From Deferribacterales bacterium (GTDB taxonomy: Bacteria > Chrysiogenota > Deferribacteres > Deferribacterales > Geovibrionaceae), in assembly GCA_050251875.1 (NCBI GenBank), contig JBFWMA010000003.1:290738-354737 (forward strand): DNA of 64,000 bases, in the 5' to 3' direction. Of the stretch, positions 28,938-38,646 are shown in pieces; position 1 is the stretch's first letter, and every line of letters begins with the position of its first letter. The notes beneath the pieces are model-generated. The model did not search any database. It saw nothing but the letters and a program-made list of their open reading frames with translations, and was not told where the DNA came from. The translations under genes and the position numbers were made by a program.

Positions 28938-30602
28938 TTAAGATTTTTGTAATGCCACGGGGAGTGTTATGATTATTCTGGCGCCGTTTCCGGTATTTTC
29001 CGCCTTCATAGACCCTCGGAAATGATCTTCTATGATCACTTTGCTCATGAAAAGACCGAGTCCGGTGCTTTTGGCGTCTTTTTTGGTTGTAAAATAGGGC
29101 TCGAATATTTTTTCCGCCGCCTCTTCGGGTATTCCTCTGCCGTTATCCTCCACCGTCACCGTGATATTTTCCGGCGTGGTGACTATATAGATGGTGATCT
29201 GACCCGGGTGGGTTTTGTCCTGTCCGTATCTGACGGCGATGGATTCTGCGGCGTTGTCCACTATGTTCATTATGACCTGTTTCAGCTCCTCCTCATATCC
29301 GGATATGACCGTGTGTCTGTTGCCGCAGTCCGGCAGGATAAATCCCTCATCGCACGCCGCCTGCGATTGGTGGCAGGAACATCCCATCTCCAGATTTATA
29401 TTGTTTCTGTACATCTGGATTTTAATCAGGTTTATCAGTTCCGATATGGTGCTGAACACCTCGAACTCGGATTTTTTGCTTTCGGGCGTGTAGAAGGTTT
29501 TGAACTGATCTATAGTGGAGGACATCTGCGAAACCACACGCATAGCCGTGGAGGTGAAATAATCTATAAACTCAGGAGTTATCCTGTCGTCCTCATACAG
29601 CTCGCCTACCTCCTGAATCATCAGCCCCAGAGCGTTTATAGGCTGACGCCAGTGGTGAGCGACAGCGTTCAGCATTTTTCCCATGTCCACAAATTTCTGC
29701 TGGGCGAAAATCACTGATTCCTGCTTTCTGCGCAGGGCTGTTTCCTCTCTGACTCTCTCTTCCAGATGGGCTTTGTGGTTTTCCAGCTCTTTTGTCCGGT
29801 CATACACTTTCTGTTCCAGGTTTTTGTTCAGCTCTTCCAGAGCGTCCGTTTTCTGCTTCAGCTCATGTTCTTTTTCCAGCCGTGTGGTGATATCCCTTAC
29901 GATAGCCACCCCGTACATTTTATTGTCCAGAACCACCAGACTGAGACCTGACTCCACGGGAAACTGAGTGCCGTCTTTTCTTATCAGGGTGTCGTATACC
30001 GTCATCTCGCTCTTTTTATCCAGCTCCTGCTGATATACGGCGAGGGGTATGTTCGCCTCTTCCTTTCTGATATCCATAACGTTCATACCCAGCATCTCTT
30101 CCTTGGTATATCCGAGCTCTCTGCATGTTTCGTTGTTCACATATATTATTTCGTAGGTGTTGTATTCGGCTATGAGGATCATATCCCGTGAGAGATCCAG
30201 CAGTTTTTTTATCTCTCTCAGCCGTCTCTCGCCCGCTTTTCTTTCCGAGATATCGAAAACGTATGAAATGATGAGGTGGCGGTCGTTCTCAGCCACGAAG
30301 TTTCTGATGATTTCGACATCCGCCAGAGAGCCGTCTTTTTTTCTGTGGACGGATTCGAACCGGAGTATGGGGTTCACCTCCATGGAGGCTGTCTGTCTGG
30401 CGAAGTTTTCCGGAGAGAAGTTGACGTCTATGCCGCCCAGATCCATCTCTATCAGCTCTTCCAGAGAATAGCCCAGATGCGCCGCCGCCGCTTCGTTGGC
30501 GTGGATGATCGCTCCGGAGATATCGACCCAGAGAGTAGGCAGAGGAGATTTCTCTATCAGCGATAAATAGGACAGGTTGGATAAAAACTCCGAATATTTC
30601 AT
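28938..30602 (-). CDS. Cytoplasmic PAS-PAS histidine kinase
   Basis: Two PAS/PAC, coiled coil, VAHHWRQPI, DNGRG, TGLGL. Start uncertain (30602 preferred; ORF open to 30662). Confidence 0.9.
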   Translation of the reverse strand: MKYSEFLSNLSYLSLIEKSPLPTLWVDISGAIIHANEAAAAHLGYSLEELIEMDLGGIDVNFSPENFARQTASMEVNPILRFESVHRKKDGSLADVEIIRNFVAENDRHLIISYVFDISERKAGERRLREIKKLLDLSRDMILIAEYNTYEIIYVNNETCRELGYTKEEMLGMNVMDIRKEEANIPLAVYQQELDKKSEMTVYDTLIRKDGTQFPVESGLSLVVLDNKMYGVAIVRDITTRLEKEHELKQKTDALEELNKNLEQKVYDRTKELENHKAHLEERVREETALRRKQESVIFAQQKFVDMGKMLNAVAHHWRQPINALGLMIQEVGELYEDDRITPEFIDYFTSTAMRVVSQMSSTIDQFKTFYTPESKKSEFEVFSTISELINLIKIQMYRNNINLEMGCSCHQSQAACDEGFILPDCGNRHTVISGYEEELKQVIMNIVDNAAESIAVRYGQDKTHPGQITIYIVTTPENITVTVEDNGRGIPEEAAEKIFEPYFTTKKDAKSTGLGLFMSKVIIEDHFRGSMKAENTGNGARIIITLPVALQKS

Positions 30603-30694
30603 ATCGATACCTTGCGCATTGCTGTATGTAAAAATTTTATCATTTTTATGATTGCGCAACAAGCCGATGTGTCCGGATATCTTAATAAGCGGGA

Positions 30695-32443
30695 TCAGAA
30701 GCGGATAATTGTTTTTGCCCCGTCATTAAAATTCATGATTTTTATAGAGCCGTTAAGCTGTTCCTCTATTATGCCTTTAGCCATATAGAGCCCCAGCCCC
30801 ATGCCTATGTTGATGTCTTTTGTGGAGAAATAAGGGTCGAACACTTTGTCCAGCAGGTCTTCGTGGATTCCTCCGCCGTTATCTGTTATCTCTATGACGA
30901 ATCCGTTTCTGTCTTTGGAGAGACCGATTGTTATCTCGCCTTTTTCTATGCTCTTCTCAGTCAGCCTGTTTTTGATAGCCTCTTTTGAGTTTTGCAGACA
31001 GTTCAGAATGACCTGCCTGAGCATATCCGGATAGGTTTCAGATGAATATTTTTCCGGGTCGCATTCGTCCTGGTCGGAAAAAGTCCTGCCATCCAGAGTG
31101 AAAGTTAATCTGATCTCCAGAGAATCGAGCTGAGCCCGGATGATATTGTGGATTCCGAACAGCAGTCCGCATATGTTCACCCGGGTCTTTTTCTCGTCTG
31201 CGGTGAAAAAATTTCTGAAATCATCGATGGTGTCAGACAGCTTGTTCAGGCTCGTCATGGACGCCTTTACCGTGTCCTGGATATATTCATCGTTCAGCTG
31301 ACCCATCTTATAGGCGTCTTCCAGATCCTGAATACACATGCCTATGGAGTTCAGAGGCTGCCGCCACTGGTGGGCTATGGCGTTCAGGGTTTCGCCCATG
31401 CTGTAGAATCTCGCCTGCTGAAGCATGAACTTTTCCTGTTTTTTTCTCTTTTCCATCTCTGCCTGAATACGCTTCTCCAGCTCTTTGTTTATTTTGCTCA
31501 GATGAAAATCCTTTATCATCACATATCCCAGCAGAGCCAGCGCCAGAAGCAGAACAGAGACGGAGATCAGTGTTTTTCTGTAAAAGCTGTGAAGCTCGTC
31601 ATATATTTCGCTCTCCGGTGTCGCCACCGCTATGGACCACAGGTTGTCCAGCATGTGCACGGGGGTGTATGCGGCGTGTTTCACTATGGTTCTGGTCTCT
31701 TTGTCTTTTGTCATGTCATACTGATAAACGGCGAAGCCGGACAGCCCCTGCTTCATCTTATCCGCCATATCCAGTACGGACGGGAATTTATGCGATGTTC
31801 TGCTGATGTTTACGCCGACATGCCCCGGCACCGGACAGTAAAGCTCCACGCCGTCACGGCTTATCATCCACGAATAGCCGTCACTGCCTATCTTGATGAC
31901 CTCCAGATAGGTTTTGGCTATGTATTTGAAATCCACCAGAAAGGCGATGGCGCCGATGAATTTTCCTTTTTCGAAAACAGGCTGGGAGATCGCCACTGTG
32001 GGATATCCCTGAACAGATAAAAAAACATCGCTGACGTTCGGTTTGTGCTCTTTCAGCAGTTTATCCACATGCGCCTGCCCGGCGATGCTTTTTCCCTGCA
32101 CTTTTTCCGGATTAGGGTATGAATAGAGTATTTGTCCGCCGCTGTCATAGCGTGTGATAGCTGAAATATATCTGGAATAGTTGGCATAGCTTCGTGAGAT
32201 GGTGTTTCTTCCGGTGACGCTCATGCTGATAATCTCCGGATCGTCCGAAAGATATCTCAGATGGTCGATCTGCTCGCCGAAGAAATTTTCGATGCTTCTG
32301 GCTGCCTGTTTGGCAATCAGCATCTGCTTGTCGTTGAGCTTGTCGGTGGTCTGCTGTTTAACCTCTTTATACGGTATATATATCATGTATGCGAAGGCGA
32401 ATGTGATAACCGTGAAAAGAGCGACTCTGATCCATGTTTTCAT
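30695..32443 (-). CDS. dCache sensor histidine kinase
   Basis: TM-dCache-TM, IAHQWRQPL, DNGGG, GMGLGL. Confidence 0.9.
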   Translation of the reverse strand: MKTWIRVALFTVITFAFAYMIYIPYKEVKQQTTDKLNDKQMLIAKQAARSIENFFGEQIDHLRYLSDDPEIISMSVTGRNTISRSYANYSRYISAITRYDSGGQILYSYPNPEKVQGKSIAGQAHVDKLLKEHKPNVSDVFLSVQGYPTVAISQPVFEKGKFIGAIAFLVDFKYIAKTYLEVIKIGSDGYSWMISRDGVELYCPVPGHVGVNISRTSHKFPSVLDMADKMKQGLSGFAVYQYDMTKDKETRTIVKHAAYTPVHMLDNLWSIAVATPESEIYDELHSFYRKTLISVSVLLLALALLGYVMIKDFHLSKINKELEKRIQAEMEKRKKQEKFMLQQARFYSMGETLNAIAHQWRQPLNSIGMCIQDLEDAYKMGQLNDEYIQDTVKASMTSLNKLSDTIDDFRNFFTADEKKTRVNICGLLFGIHNIIRAQLDSLEIRLTFTLDGRTFSDQDECDPEKYSSETYPDMLRQVILNCLQNSKEAIKNRLTEKSIEKGEITIGLSKDRNGFVIEITDNGGGIHEDLLDKVFDPYFSTKDINIGMGLGLYMAKGIIEEQLNGSIKIMNFNDGAKTIIRF

Positions 32444-32511
32444 TTATATGAACCTGCCGGGTGTTGTATCTGAATTATAACAGCAGTAAACGGGTTTTAC
32501 TTAATAATTGT

Positions 32512-32543
32512 AAAAAAAAGGCTCTTCTGTTAAAAGAAGAGCC
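32512..32543 (-). terminator. Intrinsic terminator
   Basis: GGCTCTTCT/AGAAGAGCC stem plus T8 on the minus strand. Confidence 0.85.
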
Positions 32544-32552
32544 GTCAGAGTG

Positions 32553-32801
32553 TCATGACATTTCCTGTATCTGCGCCTCATAGCTGGCGTGAGAACACTC
32601 CTGTGCCTCCAGCCCGCCGCTTATCATGCGCAGCATGCGGGAAATTCTCTCGGATTCCTCATTTGCGCTGTCCAGATAGCTTTCGAGCATATCAAGACAT
32701 ACTGTGGGTTCCCCCTCGTGAGGCATGCTGTAATTCTGCATCATGCCGTGAAAATTCTTGTAAAATTCAGGTGTGTTAGAAAAATATGAACGTCTTCCCA
32801 T
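32553..32801 (-). CDS. Small hypothetical protein
   Basis: GGAGG RBS before ATG 32801 (MGRRSYF), own terminator directly downstream; alternative start 32819. Confidence 0.55.
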   Translation of the reverse strand: MGRRSYFSNTPEFYKNFHGMMQNYSMPHEGEPTVCLDMLESYLDSANEESERISRMLRMISGGLEAQECSHASYEAQIQEMS

Positions 32802-32957
32802 GTCAGCCTCCATCGTCATAACGGAAGTTGTTTTAAGGGCCTGTCCCCTGCGAAGCCGTATAGCGGAGATGCGCTGAGCGCGCTCGTTCCGTGGTTCATA
32901 TCTGATTATATCACGCTTTTGCGTGTGTTTCGCACTTTGGCTGAAAAAACTGAAAAA

Positions 32958-33647
32958 TTATTTCAGGGCGTATTCCGCCGCCGCCTCGGCGTGAATCTGA
33001 GTCGTGTCGAAGATGGGGGTCGGACAGTCCTGCTGTTTTATCAGCAGTCCTATCTCGGTGCATCCGAGGATGATTCCTTCCGCTCCTTTTTCCGCCATGC
33101 GGGCTATGATCTGTTTATATTTTTCTCTGGATTCGGGCTTTATCTCGCCTTTAACCAGTTCGTCATATATCACGTTATGTACGGTATCTCTGTCCTCTTT
33201 TTCGAGGATAATCACGCTTAAGCCGCCCTCTGTCAGCCTGTCTTTATAAAAATCCTGTTCCATGGTGAACCTGGTGCCCAGAAGACCCACACGTTTGATT
33301 CCCAGCGACAGTATCTTTGCCGAGGCAGCGTCCGCTATGTGCAGCATGGGCATGCTGACGGCTCTCTCCATGTCGTCTTTCAGCTTGTGCATGGTGTTGG
33401 TGCAGAGGATCATGAAGTCCGCTCCGCCCCTCTCCAGCTTCTTGGCGGCATCGGCGAGCATCCAGCCCGACTCGTCCCATTTTCCGGCGGACTGAAGAGC
33501 CTCTATCTCGGCAAAGTCCACTGAATACATAATTATCTTGGCGGAGTGATATCCGCCCAGACGCTTTTTGATTACGCTGTTGATTATTCTGTAATATTCC
33601 AGAGAGGATTCCCAGCTCATTCCGCCTATCATGCCAATAGTCTTCAT
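32958..33647 (-). CDS. Aspartate/glutamate racemase family (YgeA/RacX-like)
   Basis: IGMIGGMSWES, CTNTMH, LGCTEI two-cysteine racemase motifs. Confidence 0.93.
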   Translation of the reverse strand: MKTIGMIGGMSWESSLEYYRIINSVIKKRLGGYHSAKIIMYSVDFAEIEALQSAGKWDESGWMLADAAKKLERGGADFMILCTNTMHKLKDDMERAVSMPMLHIADAASAKILSLGIKRVGLLGTRFTMEQDFYKDRLTEGGLSVIILEKEDRDTVHNVIYDELVKGEIKPESREKYKQIIARMAEKGAEGIILGCTEIGLLIKQQDCPTPIFDTTQIHAEAAAEYALK

Positions 33648-33682
33648 ATGTCACCAACTAAAGAAAATAATTATAAATAATT

Positions 33683-34540
33683 TTATTCGTTATTATCTTC
33701 CGGGTCAAGAACATCTCTGCCGGATGCCTCATAGGCTATCATGGCTCTCTTTCTATCTGCTCCCCATCTGTATCCGCTGATGACTCCCGTCTCTCTGAAA
33801 ACTCTGTGGCATGGGATCAGGTATCCCACACTGTTCTGCCCCAGAGCGGTTCCCACAGCTCTGGATGCGCCCGGACAGCCGATCTCTTTTGCTATTCTGC
33901 CGTATGAGGCGAAGGTTCCGTCCGGAATATTCATCACAGCCGTCCAGACTTTAATCTGAAAGTTTGTGCCTTTCATAAATACTTTTATCTCTCTTGCACC
34001 GCCATGCCGGGCGAAGATTTTTTCTATGGTGTCTCTGCCTTCTTCGGTGTTTTCTGAAAAGACGGCGTTTTTCCATTTGTCACGAAGCGCTGTCAGCTCT
34101 GCGTCTCTTCCTCTGTCTCCGGTAAAGCTCAGCCCGCACACGCCTCTGTCTGTCACGGCGATCAGACATTCGCCGAAGGGCGTCTTTTGAAAGCTGTGTC
34201 GGATGCTCAGGCTTTCGCCCATGCTCTTATATTCTCCGGGGGTGACCGCCTCCGTGCTGACAAATAGATCGTGCAGGCGTGAAGGGCCGCTGAGCCCCGC
34301 CTCGAACGCTGTGTCCAGAACAGACCGGGATTCGGTCAGCAGTTTTTTCGCTTTTTCCACAGTCAGATATTGCAGAAAACGCTTGGGGCTGATGCCTGCC
34401 CAGTCTTTGAACAGTCTCTGGAAATGAAACGGGCTCAGATCAAGATACCTTGCCACGCTCTCCAGATCAGGCTGATCGTCAGCGTGCTCCATTATAAATT
34501 TTATGGCTTTTTCGATTCTCTCATAGTCGCCCATGCTCAT
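33683..34540 (-). CDS. AraC-type HTH fused to methylated-DNA--protein-cysteine methyltransferase
   Basis: LSPFHFQRLF..WAGISPK, GTNFQ..VW, ASRAVG, IPCHRV active site; no N-terminal Ada zinc domain. Confidence 0.92.
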   Translation of the reverse strand: MSMGDYERIEKAIKFIMEHADDQPDLESVARYLDLSPFHFQRLFKDWAGISPKRFLQYLTVEKAKKLLTESRSVLDTAFEAGLSGPSRLHDLFVSTEAVTPGEYKSMGESLSIRHSFQKTPFGECLIAVTDRGVCGLSFTGDRGRDAELTALRDKWKNAVFSENTEEGRDTIEKIFARHGGAREIKVFMKGTNFQIKVWTAVMNIPDGTFASYGRIAKEIGCPGASRAVGTALGQNSVGYLIPCHRVFRETGVISGYRWGADRKRAMIAYEASGRDVLDPEDNNE

Positions 34541-34544
34541 TTTG

Positions 34545-35201
34545 TCACCTGTGTGAATCGATGAAACCGTTTATCTGGCTGTGCCAGACGTCTGGGTCGC
34601 TCTCGCCGGGGCTGGTCTCTTCGTTAAAGATCAGATCAGGGATATACCGCGGGGTCTTTCCGCCGTTTTTCATGGATTTCACGCAGGACACGCAGTAAAC
34701 GGCGACATCCTCCTCCGGCATCTCCGATGCTCTGCGGGTCATTTTCTCCAGCACCCGCTCTTTCGGCAGTGAACCGTAATAGCTGTCCCCGCAGCACTTT
34801 CCGTTTACCCCGGTGGCTTCGGGCTCCGTGATCTCTATGTTCATGTGTGAGAGGACTGTTCTGACAGAGGTATGGAGTTTTTCGTCTTTTCTGGTGGGGC
34901 AGGCGTCCAGAACGGTCATCCGCAGTCCGCTGTGATCGGGAAACTGAAATCCGGGAATGTTCAGAAACATTTCGAACAGAGACACAGCGGATACTCCGTC
35001 ATACAGACTGCCGTATCTCCTGATGCATCCGGGACACAGCGATATGATTCTGGTCTCCTCTTCGAATTTCGGTTTGTGGTGACAGCATGTTTTATACATG
35101 CCGGTTACTTCGAAATGCTTCCTGAGAAGATTGAATATTTTTTCCGCCAGTTCCGGTTTATAAATCAGAAGCGCGCACCCGGGGGCGAAGACAGTGTTCA
35201 T
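34545..35201 (-). CDS. Small CCG-domain (Fe-S binding) protein
   Basis: FAPGC, CC, CPGC, DACP, CCG, YCVSC; AGGAG RBS. Confidence 0.85.
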   Translation of the reverse strand: MNTVFAPGCALLIYKPELAEKIFNLLRKHFEVTGMYKTCCHHKPKFEEETRIISLCPGCIRRYGSLYDGVSAVSLFEMFLNIPGFQFPDHSGLRMTVLDACPTRKDEKLHTSVRTVLSHMNIEITEPEATGVNGKCCGDSYYGSLPKERVLEKMTRRASEMPEEDVAVYCVSCVKSMKNGGKTPRYIPDLIFNEETSPGESDPDVWHSQINGFIDSHR

Positions 35202-35300
35202 GTAAATCTCCTATGCGTTTGCTATGCTGATAAAATAGCCGAAAACGCAAAACATGCCCACCCGATTGTTGCTGTTATGCTTTGGAGTGTGGAAAAAAGG

Positions 35301-36482
35301 TCAGTCAGTCTCAACGCAGACTGTGTTTCTGCCGGAATTTTTCGCTCTGTAGAGAGCCTCGTCCACACGGGCGAGCAGGTCTTTTATCTGTTCGTGCTGT
35401 CTGAAAACCGCCACGCCGAAGCTGGATGTTTTTCTTCCGGCTATGCCGAAATGATATCCGGCTATCGCCTCTCTCAGCTTTTCCGCCAGGTCTCTGATGG
35501 ATTCGGGAGTGGTCTCAGGGACTATAACGAGAAACTCTTCCCCGCCCCAGCGTCCGGTGACGTCTGTTTTGCGGGTGTTGTCTTTCAGGATTTTCGCTAT
35601 CTCCGTCAGAACGTGGTCGCCTGCCTGATGTCCGTATGTGTCGTTAACCGATTTGAAATTATCCACATCGAGAAGTATCACCCCGAACGGACGCCCGAAC
35701 CGGCGAGATCTGCTCCGCTCGTTCTCCAGAACCTCGTCCAGCTTGTGTCTGTTATACAGCTGGGTCAGTCTGTCGGTGACATATAGTTTTTCCAGCTCGG
35801 AGTTTTTGTTTCTCAGCATGTTTATCAGTTCCAGAATGGATATTCTGGCGAGCTCGAAGCTCTGCCCCAGAGAGTTCATCTCATCGCTTCCACTCCACTT
35901 GAACTCATCCTCGAACCTGTTCTCCCGGAATCTTTTCGCCTGATCCAGCAGTCTTCTCATGGGCGAAAACATCTTCAGATAGAGCAGAGGGTACATCACC
36001 AGCATCATTCCCAGCATGGTGAGCCCGAATACGTTAATCAGCAGATCCTTCTTCTGTGTTATTTCGTCCGTCAGAATGGAATCGGAGAAGCTGACCTCCA
36101 CCCAGCCGAGTTTCATCTGGTCTTTGAAGATCATCTCCCTGTTGCTGTATATGTTTCCTTTGCCCCTGTCGGGTATGCTGAATTGTATGAAAGGCTGATT
36201 CTTCATAGTGTCGAAAACTTCCACGCCGGCTATTCTCTCATCCTGTTTGATGATCCCCAGTGCCAGAGAACCGTTATTCGGCGAGTAATAATATATGGGG
36301 TCGGTCATCGCCAGAGCCACGCTCTTTGTGGTGGCGGAGCGGTATCGGGCGAAATCTTCGTATAGTTTCGCTTTTGTAGAGTAAATCGTGAAGAATGCCG
36401 CTGCGAGCATAGGGACGGATATCCCGAAAAAAATCCCGAAAAACACCGCGGCCTTGAGAGACAGAATACGTTTTTTTATCAA
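35301..36482 (-). CDS. TM-HAMP-GGDEF diguanylate cyclase
   Basis: Two TMs, HAMP (DEM..L..SF), DVDNFK, RWGGEEF, RxxD I-site (RKTD). Confidence 0.9.
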   Translation of the reverse strand: MIKKRILSLKAAVFFGIFFGISVPMLAAAFFTIYSTKAKLYEDFARYRSATTKSVALAMTDPIYYYSPNNGSLALGIIKQDERIAGVEVFDTMKNQPFIQFSIPDRGKGNIYSNREMIFKDQMKLGWVEVSFSDSILTDEITQKKDLLINVFGLTMLGMMLVMYPLLYLKMFSPMRRLLDQAKRFRENRFEDEFKWSGSDEMNSLGQSFELARISILELINMLRNKNSELEKLYVTDRLTQLYNRHKLDEVLENERSRSRRFGRPFGVILLDVDNFKSVNDTYGHQAGDHVLTEIAKILKDNTRKTDVTGRWGGEEFLVIVPETTPESIRDLAEKLREAIAGYHFGIAGRKTSSFGVAVFRQHEQIKDLLARVDEALYRAKNSGRNTVCVETD

Positions 36483-36589
36483 AACACACTTTCCTGCGGG
36501 GTGAGACGGTTTGAATAATTGTTGTCTATCTTAGCACGTTAACGGCGTGAATAAAACTATCAATTATTGTGGAAACAGAGGGTATAGAT

Positions 36590-36622
36590 CCGGTCTGCTC
36601 TTTTGCGAAAAGAACAGACCGG
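36590..36622 (-). terminator. Long hairpin after the cytochrome b gene
   Basis: CCGGTCTGCTCTTTT-GCG-AAAAGAACAGACCGG; weak U tract. Confidence 0.6.
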
Positions 36623-36656
36623 TCAATGAAAGATAAGGATCTGGAGGTTTGCCTGC

Positions 36657-37322
36657 TCAGTCCTTCGACTGAGCAATGGGTTCATCGTTAACTCCGGAAA
36701 GCATGGAGGATACCATTCCGAAGGTATATGACGCGTATGCGTGTATCAGCACATAGACAACTATTATCAGCGACACGGATATGTGAGCCAGACGGGTGGC
36801 GGCGGAGGGACTCCCCGCTCCCGGGAGCACAGCCACGAAGAAGCTGTTAACCAGAGTGAAGCTGCCGGGAAAGACCAGAGCGAGTCCGGTGAGAACCATT
36901 ATCGTCCACAGGGCGAACCAGCCCCACCATGCCAGCACCTCTGTGGGTACTATCTTTTCCACATATTTTCTCTTAGCCGGGTCATATCCCACAGGGCTTT
37001 TGACCTTTTTTCCTTCCACGAAGCTCTTTACCTCGTGCATGAAAAAGTCGAACGCCTGTCCTATCCTCGACAGCCCGAACCATTTATATTCTCCGCTGAT
37101 AACGAAGTAATATACGAAGAATGTTATCGTTCCTGTCCACGCCAGCCCCAGCACTATGTGCAGGCTTCTGGCAGTGCCTCTGCTCAGCAGAGCGGCGGGA
37201 ACATAGTCGCTGACTCCGAAACCGGAGAGCAGGAGCACCAGAATCTGTATGACTATGAGCCAGTGGAGCACTCTGTAGACCAGGCTGTGTCTTTTTACGG
37301 GGGTGGTGTTATTCTTCATCAT
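36657..37322 (-). CDS. Di-heme cytochrome b (hydrogenase/formate dehydrogenase cytochrome b-like)
   Basis: Four TMs with His ligands RVLHW, RSLHI, RLAH...LIHAY; overlaps the upstream stop. Confidence 0.85.
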   Translation of the reverse strand: MMKNNTTPVKRHSLVYRVLHWLIVIQILVLLLSGFGVSDYVPAALLSRGTARSLHIVLGLAWTGTITFFVYYFVISGEYKWFGLSRIGQAFDFFMHEVKSFVEGKKVKSPVGYDPAKRKYVEKIVPTEVLAWWGWFALWTIMVLTGLALVFPGSFTLVNSFFVAVLPGAGSPSAATRLAHISVSLIIVVYVLIHAYASYTFGMVSSMLSGVNDEPIAQSKD

Positions 37323-38346
37323 CGTTTTTCCCCTTGCCCACACGCTTGTTCACTGCGTGAGCGCCTATTCCGGCTATGGTGCCGACAACAGCGGCGCCCG
37401 CCCATGTGCCGACATCGGCGCCGTAGGCTGTTTTCAGTTTATTATGTCCTTTGTGGGGCGCCATCTTGTCATCATGACAGCTGCCGCATTCCATAAACCC
37501 TCTGGTGAACTGACCGGATTCATATTTTTCGCCCTTTGAGTGGCAGTTACGGCATCCGGCTGTGTCGTGGGAGAGCTGCATGGGAAAAACAGTGTCCAGA
37601 TCGCCTCTGAGCTTGGCGTTCATCAGAGTGACGGCCATAGCCGCCACGTCTCCGGTCACTCTGGCGCATCTTTCGGAGCGCTCTTTTGACCCGCTGGCGT
37701 ATCCTGACTTTTCGCACCATTTGCCCACGCTGACGTGACACAGTACAGAGTCGCTGGGCGACTGGAGCAGTGCTTTGTCGCTTTTATATTTCGGAACGAG
37801 AAACTCGTGTCCGGCGGCGTATTTATTTGATTTGTCTGTGGGGAATGCCTCTGTCTCGTAATATCTCATCAGTCTGGGCACAATCTCCAGAACATCGCTG
37901 AAAGGCATGGCGAATGTAACGGCGGACGCTGATCCGTTGGGCGCTCCGCACAGTGAGCCGAAGTTTGCCACTCCGCCCACGCCGTACTGCATAGGCACCT
38001 GAAAATGTTTACCCTCAACGGGGTTGGTGAGGTGCTCAACAAACTGCTCTTTGCTGGGCAGAGGCATGAGAGTGTATGGATAGCCTATCTTCTCTTTCAG
38101 GGCGGTCATTATAGCCCAAAAAGCGCCCCCTCCGCACTCTTCCAGATAATAGCCGAGGTGTCCCAGTTTTCTGACGTATTCCGGGTCAAGCTCCTGATAT
38201 CCCCAGGGAAAAGGCGGTGCTTCCACCTGCGTCTGGGGCGCTGTCTCCTCCGCCATTGCCTGTTTCACTGTGCCGGCGCCGCAAATTGCCGCTCCGGAAA
38301 GGACTGCCGCTCCTTTGATGAAATCTCTTCTGTTCAAACTCTTCAT
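37309..38346 (-). CDS. Tat-exported split-Soret cytochrome c-like protein (C-GCAxxG-C-C domain, two CxxCH, C-terminal TM tail)
   Basis: NRRDFIK Tat motif; ECGGGAF, SLCGAPNG, LCHVSV..WC, ERCAR; CRNCH and CGSCH; tail AAVVGTIAGIGAHAV. Confidence 0.85.
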   Translation of the reverse strand: MKSLNRRDFIKGAAVLSGAAICGAGTVKQAMAEETAPQTQVEAPPFPWGYQELDPEYVRKLGHLGYYLEECGGGAFWAIMTALKEKIGYPYTLMPLPSKEQFVEHLTNPVEGKHFQVPMQYGVGGVANFGSLCGAPNGSASAVTFAMPFSDVLEIVPRLMRYYETEAFPTDKSNKYAAGHEFLVPKYKSDKALLQSPSDSVLCHVSVGKWCEKSGYASGSKERSERCARVTGDVAAMAVTLMNAKLRGDLDTVFPMQLSHDTAGCRNCHSKGEKYESGQFTRGFMECGSCHDDKMAPHKGHNKLKTAYGADVGTWAGAAVVGTIAGIGAHAVNKRVGKGKNDDEE

Positions 38347-38646
38347 ATTCTACCTCCTAATACATATCAGTATCACCCTAAGATGCTGATATAAATGCGT
38401 TTATGTCTCCTTGCCAAACCTCTTCCGCCGCAGGATACAGCGATATCCAGCCGGATAGGTTAAATATTTCCGGTCATATAAAGAACATAAAAAAGGTATC
38501 ATTTATAGTGTGTTAGAAGTAAGCGTGAAACTTTTGTAATCCAACAAAATTATTTTTTGTTAAATTTTGTTGTTGCAATAATAAACCATAGTTATTATAA
38601 ATAAGTAAAGTAAATAATATTTCTATATCATATAAGGTGAATTTAT

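Noticed and set aside
32730..32899. Selenocysteine read-through of the UGA at 32816-32818
   Set aside because: Read-through hits another stop soon after, with no redox motif or evident SECIS.
34872..35786. 304-aa plus-strand ORF and the many other antisense/alternate-frame ORFs (e.g. 31148-32020, 51328-52209, 63096-63815)
   Set aside because: They are shadows of well-supported genes on the opposite strand and carry no motifs.
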